Positions 9,205 through 19,294 of a stretch of DNA of 64,000 nucleotides are shown one piece after another (position 1 is the stretch's first letter; each line of letters starts with the position of its first letter). The DNA is from a virus (lineage: Duplodnaviria; Caudoviricetes), in IMG/VR virus record IMGVR_UViG_3300025011_000016; one strand, written 5' to 3'. A program made the translations under genes and the position numbers. A model generated the notes under the pieces. The model was not told the DNA's origin. It worked only from the letters and a program-made list of their open reading frames with translations, and did not search any database.

Positions 9205-9714
9205 GTGAATATAATCTTTTTAGATATCGAAGGCGTATTAAACAATCATACGCATACTTTAAAGCAAGTAAAAGATAATGGTGGAACATACAACGAAGAG
9301 ATGCAATTCGATTTCTGTCCAACATCTCTTGAGAATTTAAGACAGATTGTTGAGGCTACTGATGCCAACATTGTTATATCATCAACATGGAGAAATTCTG
9401 CTAATGTTTCATATATTCATCCCCTTCGAAGATATTGGAAAGCTATATTGATTAATTTAGGTAAAGTTGGTATTCATAGAAGAGTAATGGATACCACTCC
9501 ATGGCTTCAAAATAATGTAACTAGAGGGGAGGAAATAACTGCATGGTTAATACAACATGATTCAGACATTAACTTTGTAATCATTGATGATGATCAAGAT
9601 ATGGGAGATTTAATTGGTCACTTAGCTCTTTGTGAATTAAACGGTGCTGGCATAACCGATGAGGTTAGAAATAAAGCCATACAAATTTTAAATAAAGGAG
9701 TATTATCATCATGA
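9205..9714 (+). CDS. HAD-superfamily (Swiss Army Knife RNA-repair-like) phosphatase
   Basis: IIFLDIEGVLN, IVISSTWR, RGEEI..WL, FVIIDD; second Asp of DxD is Glu. Confidence 0.8.
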   Translation: MNIIFLDIEGVLNNHTHTLKQVKDNGGTYNEEMQFDFCPTSLENLRQIVEATDANIVISSTWRNSANVSYIHPLRRYWKAILINLGKVGIHRRVMDTTPWLQNNVTRGEEITAWLIQHDSDINFVIIDDDQDMGDLIGHLALCELNGAGITDEVRNKAIQILNKGVLSS

Positions 9715-9856
9715 AATCACCACAATTTAATTCATCTGTTAATAAAGCAATTACAAAAACTATTCCCGAATATCTTAAAAAAATATTACTGTTACTAACC
9801 AGTAAGTAAAAGATTAATTCTTATACTAAATAATAAAAAGAGGGGTGTGTTTATAA

Positions 9857-10498
9857 ATGTTATTAATATTCACAGGTGGATTAAAACTATTTAATGAATA
9901 TCAGAACGTAATAGGACAGCAATTGTCAATGGATGTTTCTACACAAATGGATTCTAGAATTAATATCTTTGGTGATGGCTTTAAGATTGAATTTTATCCT
10001 GAAGAAGGTATGCTAGGTATTGTTATCAAGGATTTCGATGAGAATCAGAAAATAGAATGCTCTATTAATGTCTCGTTCAATAAGAAAGAGCTGATGGAAT
10101 TAATATGTTTACTGGGTCAAATTCAAAGTAAACTTCCATTTAAAAGAAGAAATTTAATACTTTTAAATGGTACACCAAACGCCAATATTCATCAAGCTAT
10201 GTGTGTATGGTATAATATACTTGTAACCAATATGCAAAAGAAGTTAAAGTTACTCCAACATCAAGTAGATTTATTAAAGTATATGGGGCCTGGTGGAAAA
10301 AATATATATCATATATTTGGAAATAATTTTACGATTAAGATTATCCCCGAAAATAACGAAGGATATTTTAGTTTGAATTTTACAGATTATAAAGAAGGTG
10401 GTATAACTGAGCTGAACAATATTAGTGATATTAGTTTTAACGATATTGAATTATCACAGCTCATGTCTCTATTACAGTCTATATACGATACAATATAA
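9857..10498 (+). CDS. hypothetical protein with internal domain duplication
   Basis: IFGDGFKIEFYPE..SFNKKEL.EL..LL.QI repeated as IFGNNFTIKIIPE..SFNDIEL.QL..LL.SI. Confidence 0.65.
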   Translation: MLLIFTGGLKLFNEYQNVIGQQLSMDVSTQMDSRINIFGDGFKIEFYPEEGMLGIVIKDFDENQKIECSINVSFNKKELMELICLLGQIQSKLPFKRRNLILLNGTPNANIHQAMCVWYNILVTNMQKKLKLLQHQVDLLKYMGPGGKNIYHIFGNNFTIKIIPENNEGYFSLNFTDYKEGGITELNNISDISFNDIELSQLMSLLQSIYDTI

Positions 10499-10513
10499 TT
10501 TATCTATAAACTA

Positions 10514-10556
10514 AATAATAAAGAGGATACAATGTATCCCCTTTATTATTTTTTTT
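10514..10556 (+). terminator. intrinsic terminator
   Basis: Near-perfect 17-bp inverted repeat plus T-run. Confidence 0.75.
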
Positions 10557-10559
10557 AAA

Positions 10560-10569
10560 TATATATTAT
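10560..10569 (+). promoter_or_regulatory. Putative early promoter motif TATATATTAT
   Basis: Exact 10-mer directly after a terminator. Confidence 0.55.
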
Positions 10570-10602
10570 ATACGTATAAAGAGAGTAGAGGAGGATATTG
10601 AA

Positions 10603-11394
10603 ATGGAAAAGAGTATTACTAAAAACAAAATTATAGAGGAGTTAGGCCGTATTAATAATAGACCATATTATGTTTTATTCGATGATCAACCGGAGAGTAT
10701 TCAATTAGATTTTGTTAGAAATAATGGTCCTATGATACAATTTATCAGAAATCCCTCAGAGGTGGTTCAAATTGAAGCTGTTAAAAATAATAGTGAATCC
10801 ATAGTTTATATCGACAAACCTTCTGAAAAGGTGCAGTTAGAAACTATACTTACTAATCCAGATTCTATTAAATTTATTCATAATCCAAAATTTAAAATAC
10901 AATTAGCTGCAGTAAAACAAGACTGTACATCTATTCAATTCATTAAACATCCTCATGAATCAGTACAATTAGCTTCAGTGAGACAAAGTTTACACATGAT
11001 TAAACATATCAGAAATCCTACTCAAAATGTATTAAATTATGTGGCATTTAAGTTAAAATTAATAAACGAAAATTATATTATACCGAAGACACAATTGACT
11101 AATCATGTGACTATATTTAGAAGTGCGGCATTCGTTTCAGGTCGATTACTAACTATGACAAAAACGAATACTAATACCCGAATAACCGTGGATTTTTCAG
11201 AAGATAAAACTACTATGTTTATTAAAATGACTACATCGGGTTTGAAACTTTCAAAGATCACAACTAGTTTTTCTGGACGTTCATTTAGCATTGTGGGCCT
11301 TAAGAAAAAGTTTGGTGATGATATCATAGGTTCGTATGAATATGTGAATTATTCTAAAGAGGACAATATTATAACCCTGAAGAAAATAACTTAA
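10603..11394 (+). CDS. DUF4116-like repeat protein fused to an unrelated C-terminal domain
   Basis: About 5-6 repeats, then a beta-rich basic C-terminal ~100 aa. Confidence 0.7.
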   Translation: MEKSITKNKIIEELGRINNRPYYVLFDDQPESIQLDFVRNNGPMIQFIRNPSEVVQIEAVKNNSESIVYIDKPSEKVQLETILTNPDSIKFIHNPKFKIQLAAVKQDCTSIQFIKHPHESVQLASVRQSLHMIKHIRNPTQNVLNYVAFKLKLINENYIIPKTQLTNHVTIFRSAAFVSGRLLTMTKTNTNTRITVDFSEDKTTMFIKMTTSGLKLSKITTSFSGRSFSIVGLKKKFGDDIIGSYEYVNYSKEDNIITLKKIT

Positions 11395-11619
11395 TTGAGA
11401 AAGGGGATATTTATATCTATGACAGATCAACTAAAAGGTTTGGTAGTTACATTAGAAGTTGATGTTAGAGAAGATTGCGCCAAAAACATTATTAATGCTA
11501 TTAAAATGATAAAAGGAGTTGCATCAGTTGATGAAGTAATTGCAAATCCAGATGATCATATCAACCGTCAAAGAATTAAAATAGAATTAACCAGAAAATT
11601 ATTTACTGTATTGGAATAA
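11395..11619 (+). CDS. hypothetical protein
   Basis: ORF; likely start is the internal ATG (MTDQLKG) after AAAGGGG RBS. Confidence 0.6.
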   Translation: MRKGIFISMTDQLKGLVVTLEVDVREDCAKNIINAIKMIKGVASVDEVIANPDDHINRQRIKIELTRKLFTVLE

Positions 11620-11641
11620 TTAAGAAAGGGATTGATATATA

Positions 11642-11902
11642 ATGTTAATCGATGAATTAAATTTGGATGAGCCTTGGGATATGGAGCCCTTATCTGATTA
11701 TGAAGATAAGGCAAGAATAATTCATGATTTCTTCAATGAGATAGAAAAAATTTATAAAAAATACAATCTATCGATTGGTTATGAACATGGTAACTCGGTT
11801 ATTAATGCCAATATATCTGAAAATATTGAATGGATGCAACGTGCAACTATATATTTAAATACTATTCAAAATCTAGTTGATCCTAAACTAAATCAAAAAT
11901 AA
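11642..11902 (+). CDS. hypothetical protein
   Basis: AAAGGG RBS. Confidence 0.6.
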   Translation: MLIDELNLDEPWDMEPLSDYEDKARIIHDFFNEIEKIYKKYNLSIGYEHGNSVINANISENIEWMQRATIYLNTIQNLVDPKLNQK

Positions 11903-11941
11903 AGAGACTGGTTTAATTAAGGAAAGAGGAGGATATTAAAT

Positions 11942-13282
11942 ATGGCTGTAGGATTAGATAAAAGTCTAGAATCATCGTTAGTTAGATTAGTAAACGAGGA
12001 TTTAATGAATCTTGATGTTTATTTGGAAAAGTATCAGAAAGTGGATCTCTATGTATATAGTGAGGAAGTTATTAAAGAGATCCTCAAAACATTTAAATTC
12101 AAAAACATAGGTAATGTATATGATTTCCCAGATTCATTACCTCAACCGGATACTATCAATGGATTTGATATGTCTATGAACTTTGATATATTCCAAAGGA
12201 TTGCAGTATCCAGAAAGATTAATTCCATTGTGTTCTATACCACCAATGGGCATAATATCCATTGTACATTTCTTATTGACATTGAACATCTTAAGAAGTT
12301 CTCTAAAGTATCAAAGACACTACTTCAACAAGATTCACACTCTAATATGTTTGAAAAGACTAATTTTGAATGTGCTGATAATGAATATATTGAGATATCC
12401 GAGGCTCATGAGGATAGTTTGAAACATACTGAGGCTATAAAGAAGAAAGTTCCTAAAGAAAAACTTGTCTTTGTTAAGAACTCAATACTGTCTGATATCA
12501 TGGGAGATATAACCATCTTCTTTAAAGATGAAACCCGTAAGTTATATGAGAAAATGCAGATCGCTTATAAACGCGGGATCATTCTTTATGGTGATCCCGG
12601 CAATGGTAAGAGTGCTCTTATACGGGAAGTTATTAGGCATAACTCTAAAGTAATTAAAGTGATGATTAATCCTAATGTAGAAAATATCACTAAGATTTTA
12701 TCAGCGTTAATTAAATCATTAGCCGGTAAATATGTAATTATCATAATTGAAGATATTGATTCATTGATTACTAATCGTAATAGATCTGAATTCTTAAATA
12801 TTCTTGATGGTGTTGATATCAAATCTGGCATATACTTTATTGGTACAACTAACTATCCGGATCAAATTGATCCTGCCTTTATGAATAGATCCGGTCGTTT
12901 TGATCGTACTTATAAAGTTGAAAATCCTACTGCTGAAGTTCGTCTAGCATACTTTAGAGACAGGAATATTGGTGAATTGCTGTCTGAGTATAAGGTGTAT
13001 AAGGATGATTCCAAACCTGATAACGACGAGGGAGTGGTCGACCTATTTGTTAAAAATAGTGCTGATTTAGCCATGGCAACTTTGAAAGAAGTTATGACAA
13101 GTACTCAATATATGTTAGCTGGGAATCCTGACATGAGTGTTGAGGAAGCTGTTGAAAAGACATATAATCTTCTCACTACCAGTAGGAATGAACACGCTGA
13201 AGCTCATGACAAGTACAAGCAGAGGACCACCAATGATTTTAGATTATCAGGAGTTCGTAAAAATTCATATAATGATATTTAA
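11942..13282 (+). CDS. AAA+ ATPase
   Basis: Walker A GDPGNGKS, Walker B IIIIEDID, TTNYPDQIDPAFMNRSGRFD. Confidence 0.9.
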   Translation: MAVGLDKSLESSLVRLVNEDLMNLDVYLEKYQKVDLYVYSEEVIKEILKTFKFKNIGNVYDFPDSLPQPDTINGFDMSMNFDIFQRIAVSRKINSIVFYTTNGHNIHCTFLIDIEHLKKFSKVSKTLLQQDSHSNMFEKTNFECADNEYIEISEAHEDSLKHTEAIKKKVPKEKLVFVKNSILSDIMGDITIFFKDETRKLYEKMQIAYKRGIILYGDPGNGKSALIREVIRHNSKVIKVMINPNVENITKILSALIKSLAGKYVIIIIEDIDSLITNRNRSEFLNILDGVDIKSGIYFIGTTNYPDQIDPAFMNRSGRFDRTYKVENPTAEVRLAYFRDRNIGELLSEYKVYKDDSKPDNDEGVVDLFVKNSADLAMATLKEVMTSTQYMLAGNPDMSVEEAVEKTYNLLTTSRNEHAEAHDKYKQRTTNDFRLSGVRKNSYNDI

Positions 13283-13296
13283 GGAAAAAATATGAG

Positions 13297-13842
13297 ATGA
13301 GTGATATTGTGAGTACCGATATTAACTTTTTAATGGAAATTAAAAAGAATGGGATTTGGATGCCTGTTGGGAAAAAGGTAGTTGATTATTATCTTACCTA
13401 TGAATTTAAACGGAGTGTACTAACATGCGATTCACTAATCCCTTTAATCTTTTGTCAAAGAATAGTATCAGGAGGATATAATATAGATTTAATTCCTTTT
13501 ATCAGAAACGATTGTAATGGTGCACCAAACGATATGAGTTCAGAAGCTTTAGAGTATCTTAAATATGCCGATTATAAAATATCCGGTTTCGTGACAAGAC
13601 ATGAAATAGATAATTTTAATTGGGACTTTAAAATTTATTATCAATGTCAGACAACTTCAAAAGAAAAAGAGATTTACCTATCAACAGGAAAGATTCCAGA
13701 ATATACAGCATCATTCGGAACATCTCTTGTTGATATTGAATTCACACGGTCATTTCTAGATACATACCGTGAATGGTTTAATGAAATTGAATATCTTAAA
13801 TTCTTAGGGAAAGATTATCGATACCTATATTACTTTAACTAG
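13297..13842 (+). CDS. hypothetical protein
   Basis: 181-aa ORF. Confidence 0.65.
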   Translation: MSDIVSTDINFLMEIKKNGIWMPVGKKVVDYYLTYEFKRSVLTCDSLIPLIFCQRIVSGGYNIDLIPFIRNDCNGAPNDMSSEALEYLKYADYKISGFVTRHEIDNFNWDFKIYYQCQTTSKEKEIYLSTGKIPEYTASFGTSLVDIEFTRSFLDTYREWFNEIEYLKFLGKDYRYLYYFN

Positions 13843-13891
13843 TTGATGATGATAAATTTATAATGACTTCTTATTTACCATTAAACTTTAT

Positions 13892-13928
13892 AATAAAGAG
13901 GGTTTTAAATAATCCTCTTTATTTTTTT
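13892..13928 (+). terminator. intrinsic terminator
   Basis: aataaagagg/cctctttatt stem plus T-run. Confidence 0.65.
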
Positions 13929-13947
13929 ATAATTAGGAGGAATTAAA

Positions 13948-14592
13948 ATGGATTATTTAAAAGAACTTGGAATTGATAGGGACTCGTTAAGTATTAGGGA
14001 GAGAGTAGATAAATCTAAAGAACTATTAATGGCGACATTACAACTTAATGGTTTTTTGATCGGAAACATTATGCCCCAACGTAAAGAATTTCAATTATTG
14101 GCCGTAAACCAACATCCGGATTCTATCAAATGTATTGAGAATCCGGATGTTGAAGTCCAATTAGCTGCCATACGAAGGTGTTGTTTTAGTATACAACACA
14201 TAAAAAATCCAGCAGTTGAAGTTCAATTAGAGACAGTTAGAGAGGACGGTTATACGATCCAATATATTGAAAATCCCAATTATGAAGTACAACTAGCTGC
14301 TGTTAAACAAAATGTTATTGTTGTTTCTTATATAAAGAATCGTTGCTCACAAGTCGTTGAATATGTTGATAATTATTTTGGAAAGAAAACATTTTTGATT
14401 CATAGGTGGTGTGGTGGTTGGGTTACTAACGATACATTAATGGTTAAAGAAGATCCTTTTATGATACGATATATGAAGAATCCAGACAGGAATGTGCAAT
14501 TAGCTGCTGTTGAAACTGATGTACGATCAGTTTATTGTATTAAAGACCCACATCCAGATGTTTTTAAATATTTGGAAAATAAAGTAGATTAA
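13948..14592 (+). CDS. DUF4116-like helical repeat protein
   Basis: NPDVEVQLAAI, NPAVEVQLETV, NPNYEVQLAAV repeats; AGGAGG RBS. Confidence 0.75.
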   Translation: MDYLKELGIDRDSLSIRERVDKSKELLMATLQLNGFLIGNIMPQRKEFQLLAVNQHPDSIKCIENPDVEVQLAAIRRCCFSIQHIKNPAVEVQLETVREDGYTIQYIENPNYEVQLAAVKQNVIVVSYIKNRCSQVVEYVDNYFGKKTFLIHRWCGGWVTNDTLMVKEDPFMIRYMKNPDRNVQLAAVETDVRSVYCIKDPHPDVFKYLENKVD

Positions 14593-14599
14593 TAGCTAT

Positions 14600-14634
14600 A
14601 AATAAAGAGGATAACATTATCCTCTTTATTTTTT
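14600..14634 (+). terminator. intrinsic terminator
   Basis: 15-bp inverted repeat plus T-run. Confidence 0.8.
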
Positions 14635-14637
14635 AAA

Positions 14638-14647
14638 TATATATTAT
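14638..14647 (+). promoter_or_regulatory. Putative early promoter motif TATATATTAT
   Basis: Exact 10-mer directly after a terminator. Confidence 0.55.
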
Positions 14648-14837
14648 TATCATAAGAAATAAAGGAGGTTGAATGTGTAATAACGTAGTGATTATAACCA
14701 TCACATTGAGAGGAAAGCTTATATATCAAGCACGAAATATTTTTATGTATTGAATAATTGCCGAAAAAACATCTAGAATTATAATGTTCTCATATATGTG
14801 AATAAATCATTTGATATATTAAAAAGGAGTGTTATAA

Positions 14838-15176
14838 ATGAAAATTTGTATTTCGTTAGATATAAAGGCGGTAGATGACATCAAAGTAAAATATGATGGA
14901 TCATATCCTAATGCATGTGGAGGTATATTAAGAGTAATTAAGGCAGGTAATGTAATATTTGAAACTAAAGAATACTCTTTTCGTTCAACCGGTTCAGTTT
15001 CATTTACAGAAGAGTGGGAAGAAATTATTACCCCTGGAATTTTAAAATGGAACGATGATGATGAATATACAAGATTTTTAAATTTTACAAACACTCACCC
15101 GAATAAGTATTATATATTATCTGAAGTTGAAACAATTATGGAGTCAATCGATGTTTGTTGTGGAGGCTGTGTATGA
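14838..15176 (+). CDS. hypothetical protein (C-terminal CCGGCV)
   Basis: AAGGAG RBS. Confidence 0.7.
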   Translation: MKICISLDIKAVDDIKVKYDGSYPNACGGILRVIKAGNVIFETKEYSFRSTGSVSFTEEWEEIITPGILKWNDDDEYTRFLNFTNTHPNKYYILSEVETIMESIDVCCGGCV

Positions 15177-15679
15177 AATTTCCTGAAGAGTATATAATCC
15201 TAGGCAAGAAAGAATTAAATAAAGAATCATTTAAACCAGTTAAAAATGGAATAAACCCCAATAAACCAATTGGTGGAATATGGGCATCTCCATATTCCAC
15301 CAATAATGAATATGTATCTGAATGGCATAAATGGTGTTCTAGTGAAATGGAAGAATGGTTATCGAATGATGCTATAATATTGAAACTTAAAAATGATGCT
15401 AAAATTTATACCATAAATACACAAGATGATTTAATTGAATTAATAAGTATAGTGGGTGAACCACATACTAAATTTCTAAAATTTCAGTGTATACCAGATT
15501 TCGAAAATGCAGCCAAATTATTTGATGTATTATACTTAACTGAAGATGGGCAATATAATACAAGGATGCCAGATATTAAAATGGAATATAATTTATACGG
15601 GTGGGATTGTGAAAGTATTATGATACTAAATTTTGATTGTATCAGCGAGTGGAGATATGAAAAATTAAATATTTTATAG
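15173..15679 (+). CDS. hypothetical phage protein
   Basis: ATGA overlap with upstream gene; KPIGGIWASP motif. Confidence 0.7.
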   Translation: MKFPEEYIILGKKELNKESFKPVKNGINPNKPIGGIWASPYSTNNEYVSEWHKWCSSEMEEWLSNDAIILKLKNDAKIYTINTQDDLIELISIVGEPHTKFLKFQCIPDFENAAKLFDVLYLTEDGQYNTRMPDIKMEYNLYGWDCESIMILNFDCISEWRYEKLNIL

Positions 15680-15687
15680 GAAGGAGA

Positions 15688-16197
15688 ATGTATATGCAGT
15701 ATTGTAGTGATTGTAAACATAATCTAAGTCCATATAATGTAACTTGGTTAATGCATAAAGAGGATTGTGAATTGAATATTAAGCGCGAATCTCCAGAAGG
15801 ATTAATGTTTTATAGTGATTGTGATCAATTCGAACAAGCTGATCAATCATGTCCAGAATCATGTAAATGGTGTTTATGGAAAGAGAAGGATCAAACTTGT
15901 GCCATTCATAAATATCCAAAAAGAATTATCAAATGTGCATATTATCAGAAACCCAGTAAGAATGTAGTAACATGGTCAGTTCAATGTACACCTAGAGGTT
16001 ATTATCCAGATGGAGTACAATTCTGCCAGTGCTTTGTAGTCGGTAATGATCCTAAGGCGATATATAAATTACAATTAGAATGTATACAAAGAACTATAGA
16101 AGATTATGATTTTGAACCTAGTGTACCTACTAAATTTAGTAGTATAACAATCGATCAATTTAAAAAGAAGATTAATTGTTCTAAAAGGAGTGTATAA
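15688..16197 (+). CDS. Cys-rich hypothetical protein
   Basis: Multiple CxxC pairs. Confidence 0.65.
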   Translation: MYMQYCSDCKHNLSPYNVTWLMHKEDCELNIKRESPEGLMFYSDCDQFEQADQSCPESCKWCLWKEKDQTCAIHKYPKRIIKCAYYQKPSKNVVTWSVQCTPRGYYPDGVQFCQCFVVGNDPKAIYKLQLECIQRTIEDYDFEPSVPTKFSSITIDQFKKKINCSKRSV

Positions 16198-16540
16198 AAT
16201 TATGAGTAGATGTTATTTATGTGGTTGCGGTAAGCCATTATATCTATGTCAATGTGTATGTGATGAATCTATTACATGTATCTCACCAAAGAAACGAGTA
16301 TTAACAATAGATGGAAAAGTATTAGCTCCAAACCTTCATATACAACCAGATCAACAAATATCCGATATTCAATCCCAAGTGAAAGATAAACTATTAACAT
16401 CTAATGATATCATAGATTCTAATTTAGTATACGTATGTAATATATGTGGAAAATCAATATGTTCTAATATAATTAATAATAAAAGTACAGTTCCCAGTCA
16501 TGATTGTAAACTAAAAATAATAAAAAGGAGTGTTGAATAA
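16190..16540 (+). CDS. Cys-rich hypothetical protein
   Basis: CYLCGCG..CQCVC, CNICG. Confidence 0.6.
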   Translation: MYKIMSRCYLCGCGKPLYLCQCVCDESITCISPKKRVLTIDGKVLAPNLHIQPDQQISDIQSQVKDKLLTSNDIIDSNLVYVCNICGKSICSNIINNKSTVPSHDCKLKIIKRSVE

Positions 16541-17021
16541 AATGAGTGGTGAAGTTAAAGAAGTTATTGAGAGACTCAAATTATTGGAAGTGTGTGTACA
16601 ACATCGATCGGCAAAGAAAGATGTTAATAATATGCAAGTTTTACTTGAAATGAAAAATATTGTTGGAAATATCATTTCAGACAACAGTTTTAATTTTACA
16701 GTAAAATCGGATGAAGAAACTGCTATTGACTTCTATAAAGCTACACATGTATTATGTAAAGCTTATAAATTGTATATACCAAGAATACTAAACTTTATCG
16801 GTAATCAATACAATGTATTCATATGTTCTAAATGTGATAAAGTTATTTTTAAACATCCGGTGGCTTCAGATATGAATGTTGTAACTGAAACTGTTGATGA
16901 TATTGTTAAGATATATAAAACTCCAAAATGTAATTGTACATCCGATGATGAGAAAAGTAGCGATAAACATATTTATGAATGTGGTCTTAAAATGTTAATG
17001 GAGTCTCATGAATGTATATAA
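16530..17021 (+). CDS. hypothetical protein with CxxC
   Basis: Overlapping operon arrangement. Confidence 0.6.
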   Translation: MLNKMSGEVKEVIERLKLLEVCVQHRSAKKDVNNMQVLLEMKNIVGNIISDNSFNFTVKSDEETAIDFYKATHVLCKAYKLYIPRILNFIGNQYNVFICSKCDKVIFKHPVASDMNVVTETVDDIVKIYKTPKCNCTSDDEKSSDKHIYECGLKMLMESHECI

Positions 17022-17056
17022 CCAAAATTTAGAATTAATTGTGGGGGTGAATTTGT

Positions 17057-17248
17057 ATGTACCAAGTTAAAATTATTGATTGTAGTGGATCTTATAAGGC
17101 GTCAAGTAGATTTTTGATGAATTTGGAAGCTGAAATTAACAAATGGTTTACTTTAAATCCTAATATAAAATTAATAAAACTTAAGAGATCTGGCATGATA
17201 GCTTTAATCATATATAAGGTGAAAGTGGATAAAGAGGATGGTATATAA
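17057..17248 (+). CDS. small hypothetical protein (weak Cse60-like pattern)
   Basis: MYQVKII..LEAEINKWF..NPNIKLI; GGGGGTG RBS. Confidence 0.55.
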   Translation: MYQVKIIDCSGSYKASSRFLMNLEAEINKWFTLNPNIKLIKLKRSGMIALIIYKVKVDKEDGI

Positions 17249-17551
17249 ATGGGTATAAAACTTTTGGTTGTTATAATAATATTATTCACACTCACGTTAA
17301 TCTTATTTAGAGTTATATATACAAATAAACGAATGGATGAAGTAGCCGAACTTATAGGAATTCATATCATGAGTAATATTTATATGAATTCATATGAAGT
17401 ATATATCCCAATGGTAATTAAAATGAGAATACCATATATTAAGTACCTCGTATCATTACATCTATGGGGAAAATACTCAGCTATTAAACCTGAGTATAAA
17501 GAGTTGTTATTACCAAATCAAGTAAATAATATATGGTATATGCTTAATTAG
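17249..17551 (+). CDS. membrane-anchored hypothetical protein
   Basis: N-terminal hydrophobic segment. Confidence 0.6.
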   Translation: MGIKLLVVIIILFTLTLILFRVIYTNKRMDEVAELIGIHIMSNIYMNSYEVYIPMVIKMRIPYIKYLVSLHLWGKYSAIKPEYKELLLPNQVNNIWYMLN

Positions 17552-17571
17552 TTTTAAAGGAGGATATTTAT

Positions 17572-17922
17572 ATGTATCAACTTAAAGTAATTGGTCCTTA
17601 TTCGGATACATAAAATAAAAATATTGGTTTAGAAGGTAATGTTTGTGAATGGCTGGAAAATAATCCTGGTATTGAAGTAATGTCTTTTAATAGCACAGGT
17701 CTTGAGATTCATATATTATATAAGTTGAACGAACAACCGGTCGTTGAAATTAAGAAGAGTATTCTTAGAGGTAATCGAAAACCTTTAGTTATAAATCAGT
17801 TATCTGATATTAATGATGAGTGGTGTGATACTTTTATATGTTCCAACTGTAATTATAAAGGTATTAAACGTGACTATAATTTTTGTCCAAGATGTGGTAA
17901 ATCAATTGTTGTAACAGGTTAA
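17572..17922 (+). pseudogene. paralogue of the 17057 gene plus Zn ribbon, with in-frame TAA at 17611
   Basis: AAGGAGG RBS and ATG 17572 in frame with track ORF 17680; MYQLKVIG..*..LEGNVCEWL..NPGIEV. Confidence 0.6.
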
Positions 17923-18068
17923 ATAAAACTTCGATGAGATGTTTTTAATGAAACTATGATCACATTATAGTGGATAAGCGTTAGTTATCTTATATGTGAT
18001 GGGTGACTTATTTTTAGTCACCTTTCTTTTATTTAACTATATTAGAAATAAGTTATATGTAAGAGGAG

Positions 18069-19274
18069 ATGGGTTGTTCAATGAGTTTAATTAGTAACGT
18101 ATATGGTGTTATTACAAATAATCAGATTTTAGCAACTGGATTGGGATTAAGTGGTGCTGGTATTTTAACATTTTGGATTAAAGATGTGCCGAGATCAATT
18201 TATAAATTATTAAAAAGAGAATTAACCACTGAATTGATAATAACTAGTTCTAATATATCCTTTCATAATATATTAAAGTGGATAGAAAAAAATTATACGG
18301 TTAAAAATTTCAGAAAACTAAAGATGACTAATGGTAAATGGGGTGAAGATCGTACAACGACTTCAATAGGATATGGATTGCATTTTATTAAATATAGAAC
18401 CCATCACTTTATCATTGAATTAATAAAAGATTCATCCAATCAAACTGAACGTGATAGGGAGACATTAATCATAACTAAAATGGGGAGGGGTCGAAAAGTA
18501 TTTGATGAATTCATTAATGAAGTAGAAACATTAGATTATGATTTAACTAAAACTAAATTATATAAGATGGAACGGTGTTGGGTATTCATTAAGGATCAAC
18601 GAACGAGAAATTTTGACAGTATTTTTATAGAAAAATCGAGATTGGAATCATTATTAAGAAATTTAGATAAATTTATAACTAGTGAAGAATGGTATATTAA
18701 TAATGGTATACCATATCAATTAGGAATACTTTTATATGGTCCTCCTGGAACTGGTAAAACTAGTCTTATAAAAGCAATAGCGGGTTATTTAAATTATTCA
18801 ATATACTATTTATCACCAGAAAATCTTGGGAATATAGAACTTGCTATGTGTACAATAGCAGATAAAAGTTTAGTGGTAATTGAGGATATAGACAGTAATT
18901 TTTTAACACACGCACGTAGTCATAATCATGTCAATAAGCTTGAAGATATAGACATTAATGCACCAAGTCTATCCGAAGTTTTAAATTCTTTGGATGGTAT
19001 GTTTTCGTCTCATGGTAGAATATTAGTGGCAACTACAAATCATATTGAAGATTTGGACCCTGCATTAATACGACCAGGTAGAATAGATTTGAAAGTTAAT
19101 ATTGACTATGTAAATAAAGATGTATTAAAGGATTTTATGGATCATTTCTTTCCTAATAATAATATAGATTTTAATGGATTTAATATGAAATCAGATATAA
19201 CTATTGCAATGATACAAGGTATGGTATTACAAGGTTATGATGAAAATTCAATAATAGAATTTATTCAGAAATAA
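18069..19274 (+). CDS. BCS1-like AAA+ ATPase
   Basis: N-terminal hydrophobic helix, GIPYQLGILLYGPPGTGKTS, VVIEDID, LSEVLNSLDG, TTNHIEDLDPALIRPGRID; start may be 18081. Confidence 0.85.
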   Translation: MGCSMSLISNVYGVITNNQILATGLGLSGAGILTFWIKDVPRSIYKLLKRELTTELIITSSNISFHNILKWIEKNYTVKNFRKLKMTNGKWGEDRTTTSIGYGLHFIKYRTHHFIIELIKDSSNQTERDRETLIITKMGRGRKVFDEFINEVETLDYDLTKTKLYKMERCWVFIKDQRTRNFDSIFIEKSRLESLLRNLDKFITSEEWYINNGIPYQLGILLYGPPGTGKTSLIKAIAGYLNYSIYYLSPENLGNIELAMCTIADKSLVVIEDIDSNFLTHARSHNHVNKLEDIDINAPSLSEVLNSLDGMFSSHGRILVATTNHIEDLDPALIRPGRIDLKVNIDYVNKDVLKDFMDHFFPNNNIDFNGFNMKSDITIAMIQGMVLQGYDENSIIEFIQK

Positions 19275-19294
19275 AATAATAGGAGGAATTTATA

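Noticed and set aside
9205-9240. Inactivation of the HAD phosphatase (DIE instead of DxD)
   Set aside because: The nucleophilic first Asp is intact and the change is conservative, so inactivity cannot be claimed
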